Source: a virus (Duplodnaviria > Heunggongvirae > Uroviricota > Caudoviricetes). Taken from it: a stretch of 39,596 bases of DNA. The DNA is taken from IMG/VR virus record IMGVR_UViG_2721755756_000002, one strand, 5' to 3'. Below the pieces are notes generated by a model, which had not been told where the DNA came from, made no database searches, and worked only from the letters and a program-made list of their open reading frames with translations. Below are positions 1-8,206 of this stretch, piece after piece. Position 1 is the stretch's first letter. The number at the start of each line of letters is the position of its first letter. The position numbers and the translations under genes were made by a program.

Positions 1-1
1 T

Positions 2-802
2 TGCTATATAGCAGGCGGGGCGTGTGTGAGTAATGCCACACGCCAGCCTATCCATGATGTGGATATCTATTTTAAGACAAAAGATGCAAGAGACTTGTTT
101 ATCGAGCAGGTCGGTGATGATAAATACATCACTAAAACATCAAATGAGTGGCAGGCTTTACTCATGTACGACAGCCTACTCACTGGTAAAGTTATTGAGG
201 TTGGGAACGATAAATGTTTTGATGAGCTTAAGATTAAAATTTCATCAGACAAAAGAAAAGATAACGTTATCTACCTCATTGAAGCTGACGTTAGTTTGAT
301 AGAAGTACCGGAACCATTATTTCGAAAACAAAAATGGATGTTTGACAACGGATATGATTATGTATTGCTGGAGAGAAACCATTTTGAAGTTGATGAAAAT
401 GGCTTTATGGGAAACAAAAGCATCACATTAAAGCGCAACGATATGGTTTATCAGTTTATTTTAAGATTCTACGGTGATCCGCAGGAAATGATGGATAAGA
501 CATTTGATTTCCAACACTGCAAGATTGCTTATGATTTGGCAGCAAGAGAGTATATAACCACGCAGGAAACGTGGGAAGCTCTGTCAAAGCGAGAGCTGCA
601 TTATGTTAACTCATTTTATCCAGTGTCATCACTTAAAAGGCTTTATAAGTATGGCGGCCGAGGATTTAGCTGGAACAATGATGAGTTTGTAAAGATTATC
701 CGAGATATTCATAAGGCGGACACAGACAATAAATTTGTAATGGAAGACCAGCTTATCGGATATTATGAGGATTTCGATTATAACGATGTATTCAGTGATT
801 AG
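2..802 (+). CDS. Nucleotidyltransferase (poly(A) polymerase/CCA-adding head-domain-like), 5' truncated by the window edge
   Basis: Frame is open from base 2: CYIAGGACVSNATRQPIHDVDIYF contains the GG...DxD pol-beta NTase motif. FDFQHCKIAYD resembles the DFT(I/V)N motif of class II NTases. Confidence 0.7.
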   Translation, partial: CYIAGGACVSNATRQPIHDVDIYFKTKDARDLFIEQVGDDKYITKTSNEWQALLMYDSLLTGKVIEVGNDKCFDELKIKISSDKRKDNVIYLIEADVSLIEVPEPLFRKQKWMFDNGYDYVLLERNHFEVDENGFMGNKSITLKRNDMVYQFILRFYGDPQEMMDKTFDFQHCKIAYDLAAREYITTQETWEALSKRELHYVNSFYPVSSLKRLYKYGGRGFSWNNDEFVKIIRDIHKADTDNKFVMEDQLIGYYEDFDYNDVFSD

Positions 803-815
803 GAGGAAAAATAGA

Positions 816-1139
816 ATGAATAAATACCAAGAAGCATTAAATATATTTTGTGAACAAAACACGTTCAAAGATATTTCAAAAGATGTTTTAAATGAAAACT
901 ATAAATTACTGCAAGAATTGGTTGATAATCCGCCTTTAAAATTTGAAGATTTGCATGAAGGTATGTGGATTTGGGATGATAAAAATAAAATCTATAATTT
1001 GATTTATGAAAAGAGAATAAATTGTGCAAAAGAAAAAGAAATCGAATTTCAATGGGAAATGCCAGATAGAGAATGTCAAAACTTTATGACGGATGTATAT
1101 GAAGAAAATCGTTTTTACCGCAGGGAGGTGCAGCAATGA
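816..1139 (+). CDS. Hypothetical phage protein
   Basis: AGGAGG at 801-806 precedes ATG 816, which I prefer to the track start 765. Stop overlaps the next start (ATGA). Confidence 0.8.
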   Translation: MNKYQEALNIFCEQNTFKDISKDVLNENYKLLQELVDNPPLKFEDLHEGMWIWDDKNKIYNLIYEKRINCAKEKEIEFQWEMPDRECQNFMTDVYEENRFYRREVQQ

Positions 1140-1651
1140 CGCGCAAGGAGATTACTATACTGTTAGGCGATATCCTTTATCAGCAAAGGTTTACCGGTGT
1201 CGGCAAATACTATGCCAGTGAGGTTACTACAGATTACGGTACAAAGGATATGTGTAGAGTAGACTATATGCAATTTGTGCCGCCTAATCAAATGAGTATA
1301 AGCGGTTTAGAAAAAGGAATCTTTATCTGCTATGAGATAAAAAGCTGCCTGAGTGATTTTAAAAGCGGACATGGCCAGAACTACATAGGAGAAGAAAACT
1401 ATCTGGTGATGCCGATGGAATTATACAAGAAAGTCATTCATGACATACCGCATGATATCGGAGTGCTAGTTCCAGTACCGTCTACGTTAGGAAGAAAAAA
1501 TAGTGATTGCTGGCAAGAGTTTGATAATCCGACTGAATTTAAAGGCAACAGTAACGATTGGAGACTGCATAAAATCAGAGACGCATATCCAAAACACCGC
1601 AAAAAATCTATGACAGAATTATTGTTTTGTATGCTAAGAAGCGGAAGGTGA
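1136..1651 (+). CDS. PD-(D/E)XK-type nuclease-like protein (MmcB-like)
   Basis: EV...RVDY...CYEIKSCLSDF pattern of PD-(D/E)XK/MmcB-like phage proteins. Confidence 0.6.
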   Translation: MTRKEITILLGDILYQQRFTGVGKYYASEVTTDYGTKDMCRVDYMQFVPPNQMSISGLEKGIFICYEIKSCLSDFKSGHGQNYIGEENYLVMPMELYKKVIHDIPHDIGVLVPVPSTLGRKNSDCWQEFDNPTEFKGNSNDWRLHKIRDAYPKHRKKSMTELLFCMLRSGR

Positions 1652-1659
1652 TGTAACAA

Positions 1660-1743
1660 ATGAAAAAATACAATAGCATAGACGGCCGTATACATACAAA
1701 CAGCCGGTTGTGGTTTGCTTTCCGGATGGCAGTGAGGAGTTAG
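1660..1743 (+). CDS. Small hypothetical protein (27 aa, MKKYNSIDGRIHTNSRLWFAFRMAVRS)
   Basis: AAGGTGA RBS upstream; fills the gap between operon genes; below the ORF-track cutoff. Confidence 0.4.
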   Translation: MKKYNSIDGRIHTNSRLWFAFRMAVRS

Positions 1744-1746
1744 TAT

Positions 1747-1950
1747 ATGAAGGGGTATTACAACGGAATAAATACAAGAGATGCTGAGGAGGGTGACTCT
1801 GAGAACATAAGAGTTCGATGCACAGATGAAAATGTAGTTATTCATATTGGATACTACGAATCTATTTTAAATGCCAGAGAAGTAAATGAGCTTATTAAGA
1901 TACTGAAGGAAGCAAAGAAACACAGAGTATCAAAAAGATCGGAGTGGTAA
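1747..1950 (+). CDS. Hypothetical phage protein
   Basis: GAGGAG RBS upstream; in operon. Confidence 0.65.
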   Translation: MKGYYNGINTRDAEEGDSENIRVRCTDENVVIHIGYYESILNAREVNELIKILKEAKKHRVSKRSEW

Positions 1951-1951
1951 T

Positions 1952-2266
1952 TTGTCTGAAAAGTATAATGGGTATGAAAAAGAGTTAAATATTGACGCGC
2001 CAACAAGCGTTAAACCTTATGTGTCAGCAGTTTATGGAATTGAAAAGAAACTGGATGATTTACTATCATTTAAGGTTGGCACGGTCTGTAAAGATCAACT
2101 TATGGATTACGTGGAGCAGGCTATATATTACGCTCTTCTGGCAGGTATGCAGCAACAGAAAGAGATTAACACAGGAATCATGATGGATATGCAAAGGCAA
2201 CTTGATATCTTAATTAAAAGGGATGGACAAGCTGCGAAAGAAAGGAAAGAGAAGGTAGGATGTTGA
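1952..2266 (+). CDS. Hypothetical phage protein
   Basis: TTG start with GGAG upstream; tightly packed with neighbours. Confidence 0.65.
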   Translation: MSEKYNGYEKELNIDAPTSVKPYVSAVYGIEKKLDDLLSFKVGTVCKDQLMDYVEQAIYYALLAGMQQQKEINTGIMMDMQRQLDILIKRDGQAAKERKEKVGC

Positions 2267-2451
2267 TTAGAATAACAAATGAGTTAACCGATATATCGGA
2301 GAACTTGCGGCCGATTAAAGGAAGGGTGTATGAAGTTGTCGACACAATAGCAGGGAAGTATAGGCCGAATGACAATTACCGGCATGTGATTGAGGTAAAA
2401 AGGCAGCAGATATCCATTGCTCCGGATGAGTATAAGGTGGTGAGAATATGA
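2260..2451 (+). CDS. Hypothetical phage protein
   Basis: Overlaps both neighbours by a few bases; RBS-like AGAAGG upstream. Confidence 0.65.
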   Translation: MLIRITNELTDISENLRPIKGRVYEVVDTIAGKYRPNDNYRHVIEVKRQQISIAPDEYKVVRI

Positions 2452-3293
2452 TTAAATTACCTGAAATTAAATTCCCTCCGGAGAATGTCATGGCATATAA
2501 CACATGGCTCAGAATGGTTTGTAATCCAAACAATTTTAGTTTCTGGTATGAGAGAGTTAAGGATTGCGGATTAAAAATACCGGCAAGTGCTTATTATCAG
2601 TTTACATATGATGATGTAAGAAAATATATTGGATATATCTATGGCGAAGACAAAGATATGAATGCAAAGAGAAAAGAATTTTGCCGAAAAATATTGATTC
2701 CATTGCTTGATGATTTCCTTCATATTAAAAACAGAAAGAGTGATGAAATCTTTATTAAAAATGCTGTGTTTTCAAATAAATTTACATTTTCCGACTGCCA
2801 TATTATTGATTTTGTGCCTTTGAAGGATGTGGTAAAGAAATTAGAGAATATAAATTATACAGGACTTCTTGTTGGAGCAGAAGGATTTAATGAAATTGTG
2901 TTGAGAGAGTATATTCATCCGAAATTAAACTTTGGAGAAATATATAATGGCATGGCTCTTCGTCCGGAGTTTAGAGTATTCTATGATTTTGATAAGCAGA
3001 AGTTGTTGTATACGGTGAATTACTGGAATTATCAATACTGTGAAGAACATTTAAACGTAGAGGATAAGGCTGTATTTTCAAATGCTGAAGCACAGTTAAA
3101 TAAATACTTTAAACAGTATGTAGACGAAGTTGAAAAATTGGTTATTGAGCATATGCCTCGTGCATGGCTTGAAGGTAAATGGAGTATCGACATTATGATG
3201 AATGATGAAAATGATTTCTACCTTATTGACATGGCTCTGGCAAAAAACTCAGCGTATTGGGATCCAGAACATGAAGGTAAAAGTAATGAGTAG
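2448..3293 (+). CDS. ATP-grasp protein, Cdc123/R2K-like
   Basis: Motif series FIKN...SNK, IVLREYI, EFRVFY, WSIDIM, FYLIDM parallels the Cdc123 motifs FPK, LRKW, EFRCF, D..VWLIDF. Confidence 0.6.
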   Translation: MIKLPEIKFPPENVMAYNTWLRMVCNPNNFSFWYERVKDCGLKIPASAYYQFTYDDVRKYIGYIYGEDKDMNAKRKEFCRKILIPLLDDFLHIKNRKSDEIFIKNAVFSNKFTFSDCHIIDFVPLKDVVKKLENINYTGLLVGAEGFNEIVLREYIHPKLNFGEIYNGMALRPEFRVFYDFDKQKLLYTVNYWNYQYCEEHLNVEDKAVFSNAEAQLNKYFKQYVDEVEKLVIEHMPRAWLEGKWSIDIMMNDENDFYLIDMALAKNSAYWDPEHEGKSNE

Positions 3294-3624
3294 GAACACA
3301 ATGTCACGCAAGGCGGTGATTCATAAACTGCTTGAGATAAAGCAAAGTTTAGGCCTTCCACTGAGCAAACAAAAGGCGATTGACAAGTCGATAACTGATG
3401 TTAATTACAGGATTGCGGATGATTGCCTTAAAAAAGAATTTCCGCTTGCCACATTTATCAATCATGGTGGTGCACCACATGAAATTAAAAATGAAATGGT
3501 TGAAATGTATGTATGCCCTGCATGTGGCAACACAATCCGTGCGGTGGTATTTAATGGTTTATTACAGAGACCATTTCCAAAATACTGTTCTGAGTGCGGA
3601 AAGGCATTAAAAGCTCCATCGTAG
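3286..3624 (+). CDS. Zinc-ribbon phage protein
   Basis: CPACG...CSECG; likely start ATG 3286 overlapping the upstream stop. Confidence 0.7.
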   Translation: MSRNTMSRKAVIHKLLEIKQSLGLPLSKQKAIDKSITDVNYRIADDCLKKEFPLATFINHGGAPHEIKNEMVEMYVCPACGNTIRAVVFNGLLQRPFPKYCSECGKALKAPS

Positions 3625-3711
3625 GAGTAATAAAAAAAGGACTGCCCCTCGCAAAAGCAGTCAAGAAACAATGGATAACCTATTGCTAATTATAGCATAG
3701 GAGGAAAACAA

Positions 3712-4170
3712 ATGGTAGAGATAACGACAGAAGAAATTGGCTACATGAAAAAAATCTTAGAGTGCTATTACTTTGCACAGGATCAGCAGCAAAAAGAATT
3801 AAGACATGCCCTTGAACTGCAAATTCTTCTTGAACAAGAATGCAAAGTATCCGGTATGCCTTATGATAGCTATGGGAACGGGTGCTCGGTGAGCTTCCCA
3901 GAAGGCTCATATTTGCAACAATTGAGTATCGAAATCGCAACTCATGATGTTGATGCTAAACGCTGGATGCAAAAGTTTAAAGGTCTGGACAAGACACACA
4001 AAATAAACTATCGCCTTAACCGGCTTCCAAAAGACCAGAAAGAAACTTTACTGAGCGTATACCGCCGTGGTATCAGCGTGTACAAGCTTGCAGAGAAGGC
4101 TGGAATAAGCACTCAGGCATATCATGATCGTATCAATACAGCAATCCGGCATATGCTGGAAGTAGAATAG
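3712..4170 (+). CDS. ArpU/RinA-like late transcriptional activator (C-terminal sigma-region-4-like HTH)
   Basis: AGGAGG RBS; C-terminal LNRLPKDQKETL...ISVYKLAEKAGISTQAYHDRINTA HTH; last gene before the packaging region. Confidence 0.7.
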   Translation: MVEITTEEIGYMKKILECYYFAQDQQQKELRHALELQILLEQECKVSGMPYDSYGNGCSVSFPEGSYLQQLSIEIATHDVDAKRWMQKFKGLDKTHKINYRLNRLPKDQKETLLSVYRRGISVYKLAEKAGISTQAYHDRINTAIRHMLEVE

Positions 4171-4553
4171 AGAATCAAATAATCTGAATAGAGAAAGTAG
4201 GCTAGGTGACTGGTCTGCTTTCTTGTACAAATTTTTCAGGAAATTTTCGCTGTTGCGTGGCAGGCCGGAACAGTTTTTACCTATTACACCCCCTTTTCTT
4301 CACCGCATAGGGGGTACACACATATTTTCCAAAAACCCTTTATTTAAGGCGTTTTTCGTCATTTTGAAAATGCGAAAGTTCGTGAAAAGTTGTTGACTGG
4401 ATAGCATAATGTAGGTGCAAGGCAGGAGATACCAAACCAATGACCACGAATCATACATCTGTCTTGCATCATCCAGAAGGTGGCAGAAAATCCTTAGTAT
4501 AAAGCCGTTACAAAATCCCGGGACGTGCGGACATTGTACAAGGAGGTGATGCC

Positions 4554-4634
4554 ATGACACAGCTTATCAAAGAGCTGCGGTTGTTGATCAATGCTATTGC
4601 TAGATTGATCCAGACAATAAAAAAAGAAGGCTAA
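4554..4634 (+). CDS. 26-aa amphipathic peptide (MTQLIKELRLLINAIARLIQTIKKEG), type I toxin-like or leader peptide
   Basis: Very strong RBS AAGGAGGTGA at 4540-4549; hydrophobic periodicity and basic C-terminus; not in the ORF track. Confidence 0.65.
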   Translation: MTQLIKELRLLINAIARLIQTIKKEG

Positions 4635-4702
4635 CCCACGACAGCCGCCTTCTGGGTCTATTTTATAACAATTTGCCAGTAATGGCAAGGGAGGAAAAGA
4701 AA

Positions 4703-5626
4703 ATGGAAAAAATCTATTATGAAATCAATGAGGAAATGGCAAGACAAGCAAAGGCTATGCATTCAATGGATGATTATATTGCAAATAGTGAAACAGAAAG
4801 CTATAGAAAAGTTGTTGATGAAGTACATGAAATAGGACAAGCAGCAAAGGAAAGAACAATAGAGGATAAACATGAGTACATTGATTATTTGTGTGATAAA
4901 TTTGCAAAAAAATACGCTGAGTATGTTAATAAGGGGCTTAGCATTAAGATGCAATGTCCCTCAGTGCTGGTATGCGGACCTGCGAATTTTCCTACCAGAA
5001 AAAAGGAGAAGCAGAACATTGCAAGAGATAATCACAGAAAATATTATGATGATAAGCTAGCACCAATTGTTGACAAGATCCAGAAGCTGGGAACTGGCAC
5101 AGAGGTTATCCGTGCCGGCGATCCATTGGTAATCGAAAAATTGAATGACAAGTTGGAAAGTCTGTTGGAGGAGCAGGCGAGAATGAAACAGGAAAATGCC
5201 TATTACAGAAAAAATAAAACAATGGTCGGATGTGGAGGGATCAGCGATGAAGAAGCTGAAAAGATGGATCGTTATATTGCTGAATACAACGGATCAAGAG
5301 CGCCTCACATGAGTTTCTCGCTAACCAATATCAATAACAAAATCAAGGCGGCAAGACAGCGGATTCAGGAGCTTTCCAAAATCAAAGAAAAAGGTACTGA
5401 AGAAACCAAAACAGAATATTTTAAAGTAGTTGAGAATGCAGAAATCATGCGGTTGCAATTGATATTTGACGGCAAGCCAGACGATAAGATCAGAGCTATA
5501 TTAAAATCAAACGGCTTTCGGTGGTCACCTAAAAATGGAGCATGGCAGAGGCAATTAACAAATAACGCTAGATGGAGCGTTAAACGAGTGATTAGCGCTA
5601 TCAAGGATATGGAGGCAACATCATGA
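4703..5626 (+). CDS. Conserved mobile-element protein of unknown function
   Basis: GGGAGG RBS before ATG 4703. Motifs CPSVLVCGPANFP and RLQLIFDGKPD...GFRWSP...AWQRQLT are ones I recognise from phage/plasmid/ICE hypothetical proteins. Confidence 0.8.
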   Translation: MEKIYYEINEEMARQAKAMHSMDDYIANSETESYRKVVDEVHEIGQAAKERTIEDKHEYIDYLCDKFAKKYAEYVNKGLSIKMQCPSVLVCGPANFPTRKKEKQNIARDNHRKYYDDKLAPIVDKIQKLGTGTEVIRAGDPLVIEKLNDKLESLLEEQARMKQENAYYRKNKTMVGCGGISDEEAEKMDRYIAEYNGSRAPHMSFSLTNINNKIKAARQRIQELSKIKEKGTEETKTEYFKVVENAEIMRLQLIFDGKPDDKIRAILKSNGFRWSPKNGAWQRQLTNNARWSVKRVISAIKDMEATS

Positions 5627-5862
5627 AAACAGTAAAATTACAAGGGATATACTCACCACAGAAAGCTAAACCAGCGGGTATGCTGGTTAAGGGTGATGTC
5701 GTGATGTGGAACTTTGGCTATAAAAGCGAAGTTGTAGACATCATTATGAGCAAAACCGGCAAAACGATAACCGCCTTGCTAAAAAGCGGTGATGGAATCA
5801 CCAGAACAAGGCGATTAGGCGTCAATACATCAATCGCTATTGAGGAGATGGGCAAAAAATGA
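5623..5862 (+). CDS. Small beta-rich hypothetical protein
   Basis: GGAGG RBS; ATGA overlap with the upstream gene. Confidence 0.75.
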   Translation: MKTVKLQGIYSPQKAKPAGMLVKGDVVMWNFGYKSEVVDIIMSKTGKTITALLKSGDGITRTRRLGVNTSIAIEEMGKK

Positions 5863-6119
5863 ACAAATCTAGCATAATAGGCGTTTATAACGCCTCAGCA
5901 CAAGAAATATCCATTGATTACAACGGTTTTAATTATCTGGTCGTATTTGGTGAGCATGTAAACGGCGGATATTTTGCAATCATAAATCATAGTGTCTGCG
6001 GGGATCTGGCAGGGTTAAAGGATGTTGGTTATAACGCCGAGAGTATTGGCAATGCTGTTAAAAATTATGATACCGGAAAGGTTCTGGCGCTTGCTATTGC
6101 AGCGTTTGCGGAGGTGTGA
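5859..6119 (+). CDS. Hypothetical protein
   Basis: ATGA overlap; GAGGAG upstream. Confidence 0.7.
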   Translation: MNKSSIIGVYNASAQEISIDYNGFNYLVVFGEHVNGGYFAIINHSVCGDLAGLKDVGYNAESIGNAVKNYDTGKVLALAIAAFAEV

Positions 6120-6205
6120 CATGCCATTGCAAAATATCATATTTATCTATGTGTTTTACAGAGTATGCCGCCTATTGTGGGAGGCAGGGACGGAAGGAAA
6201 AGGAA

Positions 6206-6409
6206 ATGAAAGATAAAGTGTTAATGGCTGCCGGAATCGTCATTGTAGCGGTTATCAGCTTTGTGACTGGATTATATGTGCAGCGTGAGCGTATTGCTCA
6301 CAACGCTGTTGTGACCTACGAGGAGCGCAATGGCACTGCATGGGTTTATATGTCTATTGATGGCAATGTGTACGCATACGACCCCGTAACGGGGCGCAAG
6401 GAGGAATAA
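6206..6409 (+). CDS. Small N-terminally membrane-anchored protein
   Basis: AAGGA RBS before ATG 6206; hydrophobic VLMAAGIVIVAVISFVTGLYV. Confidence 0.7.
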   Translation: MKDKVLMAAGIVIVAVISFVTGLYVQRERIAHNAVVTYEERNGTAWVYMSIDGNVYAYDPVTGRKEE

Positions 6410-6412
6410 AAA

Positions 6413-6649
6413 ATGGATAATAAAGTGATGACATGCACAGGTGGGGAAAACTGCTGCTATCCTGTGGTTGTTGATGCAAGCAAAGAAGATAACTGGTTTG
6501 AAATAATAACATGTGATATTAGGGATTTATCTATATTTGATAAAATCAATGATATGATGGATTACGTATCCTACCATTACGATATGGCATGGGATAAATT
6601 AAAAATTGAGTTATTAGCAATTTTGGGATGGGATGTTAAAAATGATTAA
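6413..6649 (+). CDS. Hypothetical protein
   Basis: GGAGG RBS; in operon. Confidence 0.7.
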   Translation: MDNKVMTCTGGENCCYPVVVDASKEDNWFEIITCDIRDLSIFDKINDMMDYVSYHYDMAWDKLKIELLAILGWDVKND

Positions 6650-6740
6650 AGTAATTTTTAAAATAATGGGATGGTGCATCTTGGCACCTGTAGCAATCGC
6701 CGTTGGCATGCTGCAATGGGTCTCAAAATCTTACAAATAG
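6642..6740 (+). CDS. 32-aa hydrophobic peptide (MIKVIFKIMGWCILAPVAIAVGMLQWVSKSYK)
   Basis: Overlaps the upstream stop; single transmembrane-like stretch; directly followed by a terminator. Confidence 0.5.
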   Translation: MIKVIFKIMGWCILAPVAIAVGMLQWVSKSYK

Positions 6741-6772
6741 TCGGCCTGATCTGGTCGGCTTTCTTTTGGTTT
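6739..6772 (+). terminator. Intrinsic terminator of the accessory operon
   Basis: AGTCGGCC-TGATCT-GGTCGGCT hairpin (with G-U pairs) followed by TTTCTTTT. Confidence 0.6.
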
Positions 6773-6812
6773 TCCACCTGATTTTACTGAGTTTTCCGCT
6801 TGACTCATCAAG

Positions 6813-6841
6813 TTGACAAATCTTCAAAATTGTGTTATTCT
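6813..6841 (+). promoter_or_regulatory. SigA-type promoter
   Basis: TTGACA (6813-6818), 17-bp spacer, TG-n-TATTCT (6836-6841). Confidence 0.65.
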
Positions 6842-6858
6842 TTGGCTAAGTTATAAAA

Positions 6859-6888
6859 GGCAGTGCTCTTGTGAGTGCTGCTTTTTTT
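6859..6888 (+). terminator. Intrinsic terminator just downstream of the promoter
   Basis: GGCAGTGCTC-TTGT-GAGTGCTGCT followed by a T-tract. Confidence 0.7.
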
Positions 6889-6974
6889 GTTACTCTCTGG
6901 TTAAACAGCTCTTAGATAGCTTTAAAACAGTGATGTATAGAGTATATAGCTACTACCTAGGCTAATAGTTTTTT

Positions 6975-7028
6975 TAAAGATTTAAAAGCTTTAAAAGATC
7001 TTTAAAAGATTAAAAGATTTAAAAAAAG
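6975..7028. repeat. TAAAAG short-repeat tract upstream of terS
   Basis: TAAAAG at 6983, 6992, 7003 and 7011, plus degenerate copies at each end. Confidence 0.75.
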
Positions 7029-7066
7029 AAAAATAACACAAAAAGAAAAAAAAGTGAGGTGAGAAC

Positions 7067-7816
7067 ATGGAGAAGCACTACAAAGGGTTTTACCAGTATT
7101 GCAAAGGCAGAGCGTTGAAGGATATTGCCAAGGATTTAAACACCACTGAGGGTACTGTTAAAAGCTGGATGACTCGGTACAACTGGGTTGATAAACGTAA
7201 CTGCTGTAGGGCAGAGGATGGATCGGTGGATCTGGAAAAAGCCAGAGGATTCCTTAAGGGGAAAGGTAATGTGGAGCCAGTGCATAGATGGGAAGCTGTG
7301 GAAGAAGACCAAGGCAAGAAGAACCTTAACGACATGTTAGCAGAATCACCTCATGATGATGATTTCAAGCTGTTTGTACAACAGACATTAACTAATTCAG
7401 TACGTAGTCTAGGAGTATCTAAAGCTACTACAGATTATGAATGCCAGTTGCGTATAGTAGAGTATTTTAAAACATGTATTCATGATGGTTATATACCAAC
7501 AATGGAGGGATTATGGCTATGTTTAGGTATTGGACAAACCTGTTTCTATGACTGGTGCAACGGAAAATCGGGAACAGTTCGTGCGGAGCTATTACAAAAT
7601 GCAAAACTTTGTATTCACGAGTTCAACACACAGCTAGCGATTGCGGGTCGTATGGACAAGGTTTTATACATGTTTATTTCCAAAAACCGGCAAGACATGA
7701 AAGACCAAGTGGACACCGTAGTAACTCACAACAACGTGCTTGGCAGCACAGCAGACAAAAACGAGATAGCAAGCCGTATAGCTGAGCAAGCTGACAATCT
7801 GCCGGAAGATGGCTGA
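7067..7816 (+). CDS. terS: Terminase small subunit
   Basis: N-terminal HTH (LKDIAKDLNTTEGTVKSWMTRYNW) typical of Firmicute TerS; IPTMEGLWLCLGI...FYDW segment like P22 gp3-type TerS; GAGGTGA RBS. Confidence 0.75.
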   Translation: MEKHYKGFYQYCKGRALKDIAKDLNTTEGTVKSWMTRYNWVDKRNCCRAEDGSVDLEKARGFLKGKGNVEPVHRWEAVEEDQGKKNLNDMLAESPHDDDFKLFVQQTLTNSVRSLGVSKATTDYECQLRIVEYFKTCIHDGYIPTMEGLWLCLGIGQTCFYDWCNGKSGTVRAELLQNAKLCIHEFNTQLAIAGRMDKVLYMFISKNRQDMKDQVDTVVTHNNVLGSTADKNEIASRIAEQADNLPEDG

Positions 7817-8206
7817 TAAATGGCAGAAAAGAGCCGAATGTTAATACATCCTTAACACAAAACACGATAAATAAAGGCTTTATAACTGTTTTTGTTAGCT
7901 TATATGCCTTGGTTTGTTAGCTTATAAAGGCTACTTGTTAACATGCTGCATCCGGTTCTGTGGTAGCTTGCTTCATGGTTCAATTCAGTTGATCCAATGG
8001 CATGACCCCACCCCCTCCCTATAGGGCAGATCGCATATACCCCCTTCTCAGTCCCACCACCAATTTTTTTGTAAAAAGGCGCATACTTTTCTCTCCATTT
8101 TAGCCCTTAAAATCTCCCATTTGAGACCTACTTGGTGTATACTTAAAACAGCAGGAAAAAGGTGGTAAATTGCATACACGACTATGCATACCGGTGGGAG
8201 GTAATT

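Noticed and set aside
7990-8075. C-rich tract as a cos or pac site
   Set aside because: Suggestive, but no cohesive-end sequence can be defined without end-mapping; mentioned only as context.
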